Positions 31,526 through 44,635 of a stretch of DNA of 64,000 nucleotides are shown one piece after another. Position 1 is the stretch's first letter, and the number at the start of each line of letters is the position of its first letter. The notes below the pieces were generated by a model that was not told where the DNA came from, searched no databases, and was given only the letters and a program-made list of their open reading frames with translations. The position numbers were made by a program, and so were the translations under genes. Source of the DNA: Acidobacteriota bacterium (GTDB lineage: Bacteria > Acidobacteriota > Thermoanaerobaculia > Gp7-AA8); contig JAFATB010000013.1 of NCBI GenBank assembly GCA_019244185.1, positions 66,438 to 130,437 on the forward strand, read 5' to 3'.

Positions 31526-32121
31526 GCCGGCGAATCGCTCTTCTGGGACTGCTGCTCGCCTTCGCGGGCTGCTCGTTTTTCTCACGCTCGAAGAGCCGCT
31601 TCTTCTCGCTCGAGCGCATTCCGCCGACGACATCGTCGGCCGCGGGTTCGACGAGCGTCACCGCGACCGCGACGCCGATGCGCGGTATCCCCATCGGCAT
31701 CGACGGCATCGAGCTCCCGCCCGGCGTCGACCGCCGCGAGATCGTCGTGCAAAAAGCCGATCACCAGCTCGAAGTCCGCAGCACCGACCAATGGTCCGCC
31801 GCATTCTCGGATGCGGTGCTGCACACGCTCGCCTTCGACCTCGCCGCCCGCATGCCCGAAGGAATGATGATCCTCCCCGGCGAAACGATTCCCGCCGGAG
31901 CTACGCGCGGCCTCTCGATCGCGGTAGCAGAGTTCTCCGCCGGCCCCGCCAACACGATCACCCTCGACGCCCACTGGACCCTGCGTGCCCCCGGCGTCGC
32001 CGCCATCTCGCATCGCGAGCAGATCACGATCGACATCGCCTCGCTCGACAGCGCGCAAATCGCAGACGGCATGAGCCGCGCCTTGGCCGCACTCGCGGAC
32101 CGGATCGCGGCGCAGGTGTAG
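31522..32121 (+). CDS. pqiC: PqiC/YmbA-like ABC-transport auxiliary lipoprotein (DUF330)
   Basis: 4-nt overlap with pqiB. Lipobox LAFAGCS. The size and position match the third gene of pqiABC. Confidence 0.7.
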   Translation: MSRRIALLGLLLAFAGCSFFSRSKSRFFSLERIPPTTSSAAGSTSVTATATPMRGIPIGIDGIELPPGVDRREIVVQKADHQLEVRSTDQWSAAFSDAVLHTLAFDLAARMPEGMMILPGETIPAGATRGLSIAVAEFSAGPANTITLDAHWTLRAPGVAAISHREQITIDIASLDSAQIADGMSRALAALADRIAAQV

Positions 32122-32151
32122 GGGAGTCGGAGGCCGAGGTACACTTTCTGT

Positions 32152-32316
32152 ATGGCGAAAGCGGCACGACTGCTCGACGAGGTGAAGCCCGGAGCGGGTG
32201 TTGATCGGACGTTGATCCGGGAGTTGCTGAAGCTCACGCCGACGGAGCGCGCGCATCTCGCGATCGCGGCGGCACGAAGCGTCGCGCGGCTGAAGACCAG
32301 TGCGCGACCGCTATGA
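32152..32316 (+). CDS. small ORF (54 aa) translationally coupled to the downstream nucleotidyltransferase; possible antitoxin-like partner
   Basis: Absent from the ORF track because it is below the size cutoff. ATG at 32152; the stop overlaps the next ATG as ATGA. Product is MAKAARLLDEVKPGAGVDRTLIRELLKLTPTERAHLAIAAARSVARLKTSARPL. Codon usage is genome-typical. Confidence 0.35.
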   Translation: MAKAARLLDEVKPGAGVDRTLIRELLKLTPTERAHLAIAAARSVARLKTSARPL

Positions 32317-32822
32317 AGCCGCGGTTCGATGCCATTGCCCTCCTCGACGTACTCGTTACGCACCGAGTTCGCTTCATCATCATCGGAGGCTTCGCCGCGA
32401 ATCTTCTCGGATCGCCGTCCGTGACCATGGACTTGGACATTTGTTACGACCGCAGTCGCGACAATCTCGAAGCCCTGGCCGCCGCGTTGAAGGACCTGGA
32501 CGCCACCTTGCGCGGTGCTCCAGCAGAGTTGCCCTTCATCATCGACGCGCGAACGCTCGCAATGGGCGACTCGTTCACATTCAATACGCGCGAAGGGGCG
32601 CTCGACTGTCTCGGTACTCCGTCGGGCACGAACGGATACGGTGATCTGGTCCGCCATGCATTGCCGTTCGGGATCGAGGAACTGCGCGTGCTTGTCGCGT
32701 CCGTCGATGACGTGATCCGCATGAAGCGCGCAGCCAGTCGTGGCAAGGATCTCATCGAGATCGATATTCTGACTGCCCTCAAGGAAGAGCGCGAGCGCCA
32801 GCCCCCCACCTCCGAGTTTTGA
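32313..32822 (+). CDS. nucleotidyltransferase-fold protein (Pol-beta superfamily, minimal NTase)
   Basis: N-terminus RFIIIGGFAANLLGSPSVTMDLDICYD is the hG[GS]...D.D NTase motif. Confidence 0.6.
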   Translation: MKPRFDAIALLDVLVTHRVRFIIIGGFAANLLGSPSVTMDLDICYDRSRDNLEALAAALKDLDATLRGAPAELPFIIDARTLAMGDSFTFNTREGALDCLGTPSGTNGYGDLVRHALPFGIEELRVLVASVDDVIRMKRAASRGKDLIEIDILTALKEERERQPPTSEF

Positions 32823-35191
32823 TGCTCTTCGCCGTCTACGCCGTCACCGCGGTGCTCGTGTTGTGGCTCGCGCATCGGTTCGTCGTGCGGCTCTCGCGGG
32901 GGGCGGCGGTGTTTCTGTTCCTGCTGCCGCTGGCGATCTGTGGATATCCATTGATCGCCAACCGGGCCATGGGGCCGATCGATGGGTCGTACATGGGGCC
33001 GCCGCTCGGGGTGATCCGGCAGCAGCGGGGGATCGGGGTGCCGCACAACCTCGTCACCACGGACATCTACACGCAGATGATTCCGTGGCGGCAGGTCTTG
33101 CGCGAATCGGTGGGGCGGGGGGAATGGCCGCTCTGGAATCCGTACATTCTGTCCGGCGACATCCTCGCCGCGGCGGCGCAGCCGGCGCCGTACAGTCCGT
33201 TCACGCTGATCGCGCTCGTGCTGCCGGCGGCGATGAGCTTCACGTTCACGGCGTCGATCGCGTTCCTCGTCGCGGGGCTCGGCGCGTTCGCGTTCGCGCG
33301 CGAGCTCGGATGTCGCGAGAGCACGGCCGCGATCGGGGCGGCGGGGTGGGCGCTCGCGAATCCGATGGTGTTGTACGTCCTCTGGCCGCTCGCGTTCTGC
33401 TGGGCGCTCTTTCCGCTCGTGCTGCTCGCGGCGCGTCGGGTCGTCCTCGCGCCGGGCGTGCGCGGCGGCGCACTGCTGATGGTCATCCTGACGCTGCTGC
33501 TGCTCGGCGGGCATCCGGAAACCGTCCTGCACGCCGTCATCCTCGGCGCGGTCTACGGCGCGATCGAGCTCGCGTTCGTGCGTCGCAACGCGTTGCGCGC
33601 GCTGGCCACCGCCGTCGTCGCCGGCGTCACGGCGCTGCTGCTCTCCGCGATCTTTCTGTTGCCCGTTTTCGAGGCGCTGCCGCAGACGGCCGAGTACTAC
33701 TGGCGCAACGTGCTGCGCTCGGTCGACCGGCTCGACACGAACCTGCAGGTGCTCGTCTCGCTCGGAACCGACTTTTTCCCCTTCCTCCACATCCGCGGCT
33801 GGCATCATCCACCGGGTGGCGGACTCAAGGCGGAGACCGCGGCAGTCGGCGGCATCGCCGTCGCGCTCGCGGTGTACGCGCTGATCCGCGCGCGCTCGCG
33901 GCAGACGTGGACCCTCGGCGGCTTCGCGCTCTTCGGGCTCCTCGCGCAGGCCGCATGGCCGCCGCTCATGTGGACGCTGCACCGCGTGCCCGGCTTCGAC
34001 GTCACGATCAACGAACGTCTCGGCTTCGCGGCCGCGTGCTCCCTCGCATTGCTCGCCGCGCTCGGCGCCGAACAGCTCCTCGCAACGCGCGACTTCCGCA
34101 ACGCCGCGCTCGTGATGACGTGCGTGCTGCTCGTGCTCACGGCCGGCACGCTCTGGATCACGCGTTCCTTTGATATCGAACCGATCGGCCACTGGGGCGA
34201 ATACCGCGTCTTCGCGGAGCTCGGCTGTCTCTCGCTCGCCGCGCTCGCCGTCATCGCGCGACCGCGCGGCGTCGCCATCGCGCTCGTCGCGTTGCTCGTC
34301 GCGCAGCGGGTGCTGAGCGAAGGCGGCGTGCACAAGTCGTTCGCGCAATCCGAGACCTTTCCGCCGATGCACATCTTCGATCCGCTGCCCCACGTCGCAG
34401 AGCCGTTCCGCGTCGTCGGCAAAGGCATCGCGCTCATCCCCGGCACGAACGCGATGTACGGACTCGAAGACGTGCGCGGCTACGAGGCGATGACGTTCCG
34501 GCCGTACTTTCAGACGTATCCCGTCTGGTCGGTGCATCAGACCGGTTTCTTCAACCAGGTGCACGACCTCACGCGGCCGCTGCTGTCGATGATGAACGTG
34601 CGCTTCGCCTTCGCCTCGAAATGGGATGGCATCCCGCCCGGCTGGCGGCTCCTCGGCGAACAAGGTTCCGCGACGCTGCTCGAGAACACGAACGTCATCG
34701 AGCGGGCGTTCGTCCCGGCGAACGTCAAGATCGGGCCGCTGGATGTCGACGCGACCGTGAACGAGATGGACGCATGTCCCGACTTCCGCAAGCAGGCGTG
34801 GATCACCGCGCCGGACGTGCGCACGTACGAGCGCGCGAACGGTCCCGGCCGCGTCACCGCGTTGCGGCGGCCTCGCTTCGGCGCGTACGAAGCCGACGTC
34901 GCGATGGACGGCGACGGCTGGCTCATCGTCAGCGACTCCGCGTGGCAGGGCTGGCGCGCGTACGTCGACGGCCGGCGCGTGAAAATCCAGCGCGCGAACC
35001 TCGCGTTTCTCTCCGTCTACCTGACGAAGGGAACGCATCGCGTGCGGCTGCGCTACTGGCCGCAATCGTTCGTGCGCGGGCGCATGATCAGCCTGCTCAC
35101 ATTTCTCGCCGTGGCGCTCTTCGCGTTCGTTTATAGTCGCGCCCCATGGCGCGAAAAGGACTCGTCTCCGCACTTTTCCTCTCGCTCGTAA
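32819..35191 (+). CDS. YfhO family membrane protein (putative membrane glycosyltransferase)
   Basis: 790 aa. N-terminal ~13 TM region, a large extracytoplasmic domain and a terminal TM, as in YfhO. Confidence 0.7.
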   Translation: MMLFAVYAVTAVLVLWLAHRFVVRLSRGAAVFLFLLPLAICGYPLIANRAMGPIDGSYMGPPLGVIRQQRGIGVPHNLVTTDIYTQMIPWRQVLRESVGRGEWPLWNPYILSGDILAAAAQPAPYSPFTLIALVLPAAMSFTFTASIAFLVAGLGAFAFARELGCRESTAAIGAAGWALANPMVLYVLWPLAFCWALFPLVLLAARRVVLAPGVRGGALLMVILTLLLLGGHPETVLHAVILGAVYGAIELAFVRRNALRALATAVVAGVTALLLSAIFLLPVFEALPQTAEYYWRNVLRSVDRLDTNLQVLVSLGTDFFPFLHIRGWHHPPGGGLKAETAAVGGIAVALAVYALIRARSRQTWTLGGFALFGLLAQAAWPPLMWTLHRVPGFDVTINERLGFAAACSLALLAALGAEQLLATRDFRNAALVMTCVLLVLTAGTLWITRSFDIEPIGHWGEYRVFAELGCLSLAALAVIARPRGVAIALVALLVAQRVLSEGGVHKSFAQSETFPPMHIFDPLPHVAEPFRVVGKGIALIPGTNAMYGLEDVRGYEAMTFRPYFQTYPVWSVHQTGFFNQVHDLTRPLLSMMNVRFAFASKWDGIPPGWRLLGEQGSATLLENTNVIERAFVPANVKIGPLDVDATVNEMDACPDFRKQAWITAPDVRTYERANGPGRVTALRRPRFGAYEADVAMDGDGWLIVSDSAWQGWRAYVDGRRVKIQRANLAFLSVYLTKGTHRVRLRYWPQSFVRGRMISLLTFLAVALFAFVYSRAPWREKDSSPHFSSRS

Positions 35192-38100
35192 CGCTCGCAC
35201 TGCACGCCGCATCGGCGTTCGATCCGGCGCTCTTCAAACCGCTCGCGTGGCGCGAAGTCGGCCCGTATCGCGGCGGCCGCGCCGACGCGGTCGAAGGCAT
35301 CGCCGCGCAGCCGAAGACCTACTACTTCGGCTCGACCGGCGGCGGCGTCTGGAAGACCACCGACGGCGGCGAAACGTGGAAGAACGTCAGCGACGGATTC
35401 TTCGGCGGCTCGATCGGCGCGGTCGCGGTCTCGGAGTGGGACCCGAACGTCGTCTACGTCGGCGGCGGCGAAGTGACCGTGCGCGGCAACGTCTCGCACG
35501 GCAACGGCATGTGGAAGTCGACCGACGCCGGCAAGACGTGGACGCACATCGGACTCGAGAACGCGCGGCAGATCCCGCGCGTGCGCATCCATCCGCGCAA
35601 TCCCGACATCGTCTACGCGGCGGTGCTCGGCCATCTCTTCGCGCCGAGCAAGGACCGCGGCGTCTACCGCTCGATGGACGGCGGCAAGACGTGGCAGCGC
35701 ATCCTCTACGCGAATGAAAACGCCGGCGCCGTCGATCTGGTCATGGACCCGGGCAATCCGCGCGTGCTGTACGCGTCGACGTGGCGCGTGCGGCGCACGC
35801 CGTACAGCCTCGAGAGCGGCGGCGAAGGCTCGGCGCTCTGGAAGTCGACCGACGGCGGCGACACGTGGAAGAACATCTCCCGCAACAAAGGGCTGCCGAA
35901 GAAGACGCTCGGCATCATCGGCGTCACGGTCTCGCCGTCGAATCCGCAGAACGTCTACGCGATCGTCGAGGCGGAGGACGGCGGCGTGTTCCGCTCGCGC
36001 GATGGCGGCGACACGTGGGAGAAGACGAACGAGAGCCGCGACCTGCGCCAGCGCGCGTGGTACTACTCGCGCATCTTCGCCGACCCGAAAGACGAGGACA
36101 CGGTTTACGTCGTCAACGTCCGCTTCCACAAATCGAAAGACGGCGGCAAGACCTTCAGCTCGATTCGCACGCCGCACGGCGACAACCACGATCTCTGGAT
36201 CGCCTCGAACGATCCGCTGCGGATGATCGAGGCCAACGACGGCGGCGTGAACGTCACCACCGACGGCGGCGTGAGCTGGACGGGGCAGGACAACCAGCCC
36301 ACCGCGCAGTTCTACCGCGTCTCCACCGACAACGCTTTCCCATACCGCCTCCTCGGCGCGCAGCAGGACAACACCGCGGTGCGCATCCGCAGCCGCGGCA
36401 GCGACGGCGGCATCGGTCCGCGCGACTGGGACGTCACCGCCGGCGGCGAGTCCGGCTACATCGTCGCCAAGCCGAACGATCCCGACGTCGTGTACGGCGG
36501 CTCGTACGGCGGCCTCCTGACGATGATCAATCACCGCACCGAGGAGCTGAGGGATGTGAATCCGTGGCCGGATAACCCGATGGGTCACGGCGCCGGCGAC
36601 ATCGCCGAGCGCTTCCAGTGGAACTACCCGATCATCACCTCGGTCTACGATCCGAACACGCTCTACGCGGCATCGCAGCATCTCTTCCGCTCGACCAACG
36701 GCGGCTCGAGCTGGGCGCGCATCAGCGACGACCTCACGCGCAACGATCCGACGAAGATGGGTCCCTCCGGCGGCCCGATTACGAAGGACAACACGTCGGT
36801 CGAGTACTACGGAACGATCTTCGCGCTCGCCGAATCGCCGACCGAGCGCGGCGTGCTCTGGACCGGCTCCGACGACGGCCTCGTGCACGTCTCGCGCGAC
36901 GACGGCAAGACGTGGACGAACGTCACGCCGAAGGGCATGCCCGAATGGATCATGATCAACGAGATCGAGGTCAGTCCGTTCGACAAGGGCGCCGCGTACG
37001 TCGCCGCGACGATGTACAAGTCCGACGACTTCCGGCCGTATCTCTACAAGACCACCGACTACGGCGCGACGTGGACGAAGATCGTCAACGGCATTCCGAA
37101 CGATCAGTTCACGCGCGTCGTCCGCAGCGACAAGCGCCGCAAGGGTTTGCTGTACGCCGGCACCGAAGAGGGGATGTACGTCTCGTTCGATGACGGCGCG
37201 AACTGGCAGACGCTGCAGCTCAATCTGCCGATCGTGCCGGTCACGGACCTGCTCCTGCGCGACGACGATCTCATCGCGGCGACGCAGGGCCGCGGCTTCT
37301 GGATCCTCGACGACGTCACGCCGCTGCAGCAGCTCGCCGGCGATCTCGCGGGCAAGGACGCGTTCCTCTTCGCGCCGCGTCCGACGTGGCGCATCGGCGG
37401 CTTCGGAGGTTTCGGCCGCGCGCCGCAGGGCTACGGCACGAATCCGCCGGGCGGCGTGATCGTCAACTACTGGACTGATGCGAAGCCGGGCACGAAGGTG
37501 AAGCTCGCGTTCCTCAACGCCGACGGCTCGCTCATCCGCGAATACAACGGCGAGGTCGCGCAGCCGGTCGAGGAAGTGAAGGCGCAGCGCGCGGCCGACG
37601 AGGCGGCGAAGGAAACGCCGAAGCAGCCGCCGCAACAGCCGGCGAAGACCATCGGCGTGAAGTCCGAAGGCGGACAGAAGGAGAACGCGACGCCGGCGGC
37701 GCAGGCGTCGAACGAGCCGGAGGAAGAACATCGCGGCGGCGCGAACGCGAACAAGGACGAAGACAAGCTCCCCGACGTGAAGCGCGGCTTCAACCGCTTC
37801 GCGTGGGATCTGCAGTATCCCGAGGCGAAAAAGTTCGAGGGGATGATCCTGTGGGGCGGCGGGACGGACGGACCGCGCGTGATTCCGGGCAACTACACGG
37901 TGCGGCTCACCGTCGGCGATCAGGCGCCGCTCACGGCGCCGTTCGTCGTCAAACAGGATCCGCGCTCGTCGACGTCAGCCGCGGATCTCAAGGCGCAGTT
38001 CGACTTCCTCCTCGCCGCGCGCGACAAGCTCTCCGAGATCAACTCGCAGATCGAGCACATCCGCACGGTGCGCGCGCAGCTCAACGATGTGAAGAAGCGC

Positions 38101-38457
38101 GCCGGCTCGGACGAGAAGGCGAAGCCGATCACCGACGCCGCGAATGCGATCGACAAAAAGATGACCGCGATCGAGGAAGCGCTGTACCAGACGAAGAACA
38201 AGAGTCCGCAGGATCCGCTGAACTATCCGATCCGCCTCAACGACAAGCTTGCGGCGGTCGCGGACTCGGCTTCGCTCGGTGATTTCGCGCCCACGGCGCA
38301 GCATCGCGCCGTTTACGCACAACTCGTGCAACAGATCGACGTGCAACTCGCGCAGCTGCGCGATATCTGGCAGAAAGATGTGCCCGCTTTCAACGACTTG
38401 GTCAAACAGTCGTCGACGCCCGCAATCCCCTTGCCGCAGGAGACGAAAACACCGTAA
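35146..38457 (+). CDS. secreted sortilin/VPS10-like BNR (Asp-box) repeat protein with C-terminal Lys/Glu-rich linker and helical domain
   Basis: Signal peptide. At least 8 Asp-box motifs (TTDGGETWK, STDAGKTWT, SMDGGKTWQ, STDGGDTWK, SRDGGDTWE, SKDGGKTFS, TTDGGVSWT, STNGGSSWA, SRDDGKTWT, TTDYGATWT, FDDGANWQ). Confidence 0.8.
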   Translation: MARKGLVSALFLSLVTLALHAASAFDPALFKPLAWREVGPYRGGRADAVEGIAAQPKTYYFGSTGGGVWKTTDGGETWKNVSDGFFGGSIGAVAVSEWDPNVVYVGGGEVTVRGNVSHGNGMWKSTDAGKTWTHIGLENARQIPRVRIHPRNPDIVYAAVLGHLFAPSKDRGVYRSMDGGKTWQRILYANENAGAVDLVMDPGNPRVLYASTWRVRRTPYSLESGGEGSALWKSTDGGDTWKNISRNKGLPKKTLGIIGVTVSPSNPQNVYAIVEAEDGGVFRSRDGGDTWEKTNESRDLRQRAWYYSRIFADPKDEDTVYVVNVRFHKSKDGGKTFSSIRTPHGDNHDLWIASNDPLRMIEANDGGVNVTTDGGVSWTGQDNQPTAQFYRVSTDNAFPYRLLGAQQDNTAVRIRSRGSDGGIGPRDWDVTAGGESGYIVAKPNDPDVVYGGSYGGLLTMINHRTEELRDVNPWPDNPMGHGAGDIAERFQWNYPIITSVYDPNTLYAASQHLFRSTNGGSSWARISDDLTRNDPTKMGPSGGPITKDNTSVEYYGTIFALAESPTERGVLWTGSDDGLVHVSRDDGKTWTNVTPKGMPEWIMINEIEVSPFDKGAAYVAATMYKSDDFRPYLYKTTDYGATWTKIVNGIPNDQFTRVVRSDKRRKGLLYAGTEEGMYVSFDDGANWQTLQLNLPIVPVTDLLLRDDDLIAATQGRGFWILDDVTPLQQLAGDLAGKDAFLFAPRPTWRIGGFGGFGRAPQGYGTNPPGGVIVNYWTDAKPGTKVKLAFLNADGSLIREYNGEVAQPVEEVKAQRAADEAAKETPKQPPQQPAKTIGVKSEGGQKENATPAAQASNEPEEEHRGGANANKDEDKLPDVKRGFNRFAWDLQYPEAKKFEGMILWGGGTDGPRVIPGNYTVRLTVGDQAPLTAPFVVKQDPRSSTSAADLKAQFDFLLAARDKLSEINSQIEHIRTVRAQLNDVKKRAGSDEKAKPITDAANAIDKKMTAIEEALYQTKNKSPQDPLNYPIRLNDKLAAVADSASLGDFAPTAQHRAVYAQLVQQIDVQLAQLRDIWQKDVPAFNDLVKQSSTPAIPLPQETKTP

Positions 38458-38532
38458 GGTCACGCTGACATGCCGTCCGCATCCGATTCGACACCAAGCC
38501 TGGAGGCCCGCGGCCTCATCCTCGAAGGCGAC

Positions 38533-39312
38533 GAGTTCGCGCTGCTCATCGACGCGGTCGAGGACTACGCGATCTTCCTGCTCAGTCCCGAGGGGATCAT
38601 TCGCTCGTGGAACCGCGGCGCGACGCGGACGATGGGGTACCAGGCGCCGGAGGTGATCGGCCGCCACTTCTCTGTCTTCTACTCGGCCGAGGACCTCGAG
38701 AACAGGAAGCCGGACCGGGAGCTCGAAGTCGCGGGACGCACGGGACGCATCGAGGACGAAGGCTGGCGCATCCGCAAGGACGGCACGCGCTTTTGGGCGA
38801 ACACGATCATCACGGCGCTGCGCGAGAAAGACGGCTCGGTCCGCGCGTTCGCGAAGGTCACGCGCGATCTCAGCGAGCGCCGCGCCGCGGAAGAGCGCCT
38901 GCGGCAGAGCGAGGAGATGTTCCGCCTGCTCGTGCAGTCGGTGCAGGAATATGCGATCTTCCTGCTCGATCCCACCGGCCACATCACGACGTGGAACGCG
39001 GGCGCCCGCCGCATCAAGGGCTACGAGCCGGAAGAGATCATCGGCAAGCACTTCTCGACGTTCTACGGCGAGGAAGACTTGCGCTCCGGCAAGCCGGAGC
39101 GCGAGCTGAAGATCGCGCGCGAAGTGGGCATGGTCGAGGACGAAGGGTGGCGCATCCGCAAGGACGGCACGCGCTTCTGGGCGAACGTGGTCATCACGGC
39201 GGTCTACGACGCGACCGGGCAACTGCGCGGCTTCACGAAAGTCACGCGCGACATGACCGAGCGCAAGCACGCCGAGGAGACGCAGCGCGCGCTCTACGAA
39301 CAGCGTGAGGCG
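38533..39312 (+). repeat. tandem duplication of a ~390-nt PAS module inside the histidine kinase gene
   Basis: The two copies stay highly similar at the nucleotide level, e.g. gaggacgaaggctggcgcatccgcaaggacggcacgcgcttttgggcgaac versus gaggacgaagggtggcgcatccgcaaggacggcacgcgcttctgggcgaac. Confidence 0.5.
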
Positions 39313-40435
39313 CGGTTGCTGGCGGAGGAAGAGCGCCGCCGCAGCGACGAGTCGTCGCGCGTCGCGCAGGAGGCCAACCGCGCCAAGGACGAGTTCCTGA
39401 TGACGCTGTCGCACGAGCTGCGCACGCCGATGACCGCGATCCTCGGCTGGGCGCGGCTGCTGCCGACGCTCACCGCCGACGACGCGATGTTTCACGAGGC
39501 GGTCGCCGCGATCGGCCGCGGTGCGCAGCTGCAGGCGCGCCTCATCGACGACGTGCTCGACGTCTCGCGCATCGTCAGCGGCAAGCTGCGCCTCACCACC
39601 GAGAGCATCGACGTCGCGCGCCTCATCGCGGCCGCGGTCGAAGCGGTGCAGCCCAGCGCCGACGCGAAGTACATCACGCTGTCGACGGATCTCGGGCCCG
39701 CGCTCGGCTCCGTCATCGTCGATCCGACGCGCATCCAGCAGGTGATCTGGAACCTGCTCACGAACGCGGTGAAGTTCACGCCGAAATACGGCGTCGTGCA
39801 GATCCAGGCGCGGCGCACGAACTCGCGGCTGCAGATCTCGGTCGTCGACACCGGAGAGGGCATCGAGCCGTCGTTTCTGCCGCACGTCTTCGAGCCGTTC
39901 CGCCAGGCCGAGAATCCGAGCACGCGCGTGCACGGCGGCCTCGGCCTCGGCCTCTCGATCGTGCGCTATCTCGTCGAGGCGCACGGCGGCACCGTCGCCG
40001 TCGAAAGCCGCGGCCGCGGCGCGGGCGCGACGTTCACCGTGACGCTGCCGATCACGTCCGTCGCCAGCGGCTCCGCGCCGGAAGTGCGCGCGCGGCAGGA
40101 GATCCCCGAACGCCGCGTCGAGCCCGATCGGTTGCAGGGTCTCGACATCGTGATCGTCGACGACGACCGCGAGGGCCGTGAGGTCGTGCGCGCGACGCTG
40201 CGCGCCGCCGGCGCGAATGTCGTCGCGTACGACTCGGCCGTGCAGGTGATGCGCGAGCTCGAGCGCCATCGCCCCGATCTGCTCATCAGCGACATCGCCA
40301 TGCCGGTCATGGACGGCTACGCGCTCGCGCGCGCGATCCACGAGAAGCCGGGACTCGAGACGCTGCCGATCGTCGCGCTGACGGCGTTCCCCGCCGGCCG
40401 TTCCGCCGCGGAGCGCAGCGGCTTCGTCGACTACC

Positions 40436-43216
<2,781 letters not shown>

Positions 43217-43248
43217 GCGCAGATTGTAGGCCTCAGTACAATGAAACG

Positions 43249-43935
43249 ATGCCCGCGGCAGTGCTGGTGGTGGAGGATGAGCTGCTCACGCGGCAGACGC
43301 TGGAGGCGCTGCTGGCGCGGGAAGGATTTCGCGTCACGACGGCGGGCACGATCGCCGAGGCGATGGCCGAAGTCGGACGCCGCGCGTACGACCTCATCCT
43401 CCTCGACCTCATGCTGCCCGACGGCGACGGCCTCAACGCCTGTCAGCGCATTCGCGCGCGCCATCAGACGCCGATCGTGATCCTCAGCACGCGCTCCGCG
43501 CTCGAAGACCGCGTGGTGGGACTCGAGACCGGCGCGGACGACTACATCGTCAAGCCGTTCGAGCCGCGCGAGGTTGTGGCGCGCGTGCGCGCGCAGCTGC
43601 GGCGCGCGCAGGAGCTGAGCCGCACGGAGCGCGCGGAGGTGCTGCACATCGGCCGGCTGGTCGTCGATGCCGCGCTGCAGGACGCGCTCGTCGACGGCAA
43701 GCCCGCGGGGCTGACGCAGAAGGAGTTCCAGCTCGTGCACCTGCTCGCCGCGCGCGGCGGCAAAGCGGTCAGCCGCGACTTCCTCATCGAGCAGCTGTGG
43801 GCCGAGGACGAGCTCGCGTCGGACAAGAACGTCGCGGTGTACATCCGCCGCATCCGCCAGAAGATCGAGCGCAACCCGGAAGAGCCGGAGATCCTGCTGA
43901 CGGTGCGCGGGTTCGGCTACCGCCTCGCGTCGTAA
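43249..43935 (+). CDS. OmpR-family response regulator (REC + winged-helix DNA-binding)
   Basis: REC motifs (VVEDE, DLILLDLMLPDGDG, KP) and C-terminal wHTH (LTQKEFQLVHLLAARGGKAVSRDFLIEQLW...VYIRRIRQKIE...TVRGFGYRL). Confidence 0.9.
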   Translation: MPAAVLVVEDELLTRQTLEALLAREGFRVTTAGTIAEAMAEVGRRAYDLILLDLMLPDGDGLNACQRIRARHQTPIVILSTRSALEDRVVGLETGADDYIVKPFEPREVVARVRAQLRRAQELSRTERAEVLHIGRLVVDAALQDALVDGKPAGLTQKEFQLVHLLAARGGKAVSRDFLIEQLWAEDELASDKNVAVYIRRIRQKIERNPEEPEILLTVRGFGYRLAS

Positions 43936-43969
43936 TCTTCGCGTAATCTCGCGTCGATAGCGTGCAGCC

Positions 43970-44635
43970 ATGGAGTTGCTCGCGGAGGGACCTCACGAAG
44001 CGGCGCGGCTCGATGCACTACGCCGCTGTCACGTGGTGGGCACGGAGCCGGAGGAAGCGTTCGACGCGCTGGCGGAGCTCGCGGCGATCGTCTGCGACAC
44101 GCCGATCGCGCTCGTCAGCCTCGTCGATGAAACGCGGCTCTGGTTCAAGTCGCGCATCGGCTTCGAGCACGACTCGGTGCCGCGCGAGCTGTCGTACTGC
44201 GACCGCGCCATTCGCGGCGACGACGTCTTCGTCGTGCACGACATTTCCAAGGACCCCGAAGTGGCGCATCATCCGCTCGTGGCCGGACCTCCGCATCTCC
44301 GGTTTTATGCCGGCGCGCCGCTCCGCACCTCCAGCGGTTTCAACCTCGGCACGCTCTGCGTCGTCGACCGCATTCCGCGCCGGCTGAGCGAGCGGCAGCT
44401 GCAGGCGTTGCGCACGCTGGCGCGGCACGTCGTCGACGAGCTCGAATCGCGCGCGGACGCGGCTCTCTTGCGCCACGAGCTGCGCACGCCGCTCACGTCG
44501 ATCCGCGGCGCACTCGGCCTGCTCGCGTCCGGCGCGATGGGCGAGCTCGGCCCGGAGGCGCGGAACCTCGTCACGATCGCCGAACGGAACGCCGTGCGGC
44601 TCGTCGGCGTCATTAACGGGATGCTGGACAAATGA
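43970..44635 (+). CDS. GAF domain protein with C-terminal HisKA (DHp) domain and no ATPase domain
   Basis: GAF region (RLDALRRCHVVGTEPEEAFD...YAGAPLRTSSGFNLGTLCVVD) followed by an H-box (LRHELRTPLTSIRGALGLL). The protein ends about 60 aa later with no N/G1/G2 boxes. Confidence 0.75.
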   Translation: MELLAEGPHEAARLDALRRCHVVGTEPEEAFDALAELAAIVCDTPIALVSLVDETRLWFKSRIGFEHDSVPRELSYCDRAIRGDDVFVVHDISKDPEVAHHPLVAGPPHLRFYAGAPLRTSSGFNLGTLCVVDRIPRRLSERQLQALRTLARHVVDELESRADAALLRHELRTPLTSIRGALGLLASGAMGELGPEARNLVTIAERNAVRLVGVINGMLDK

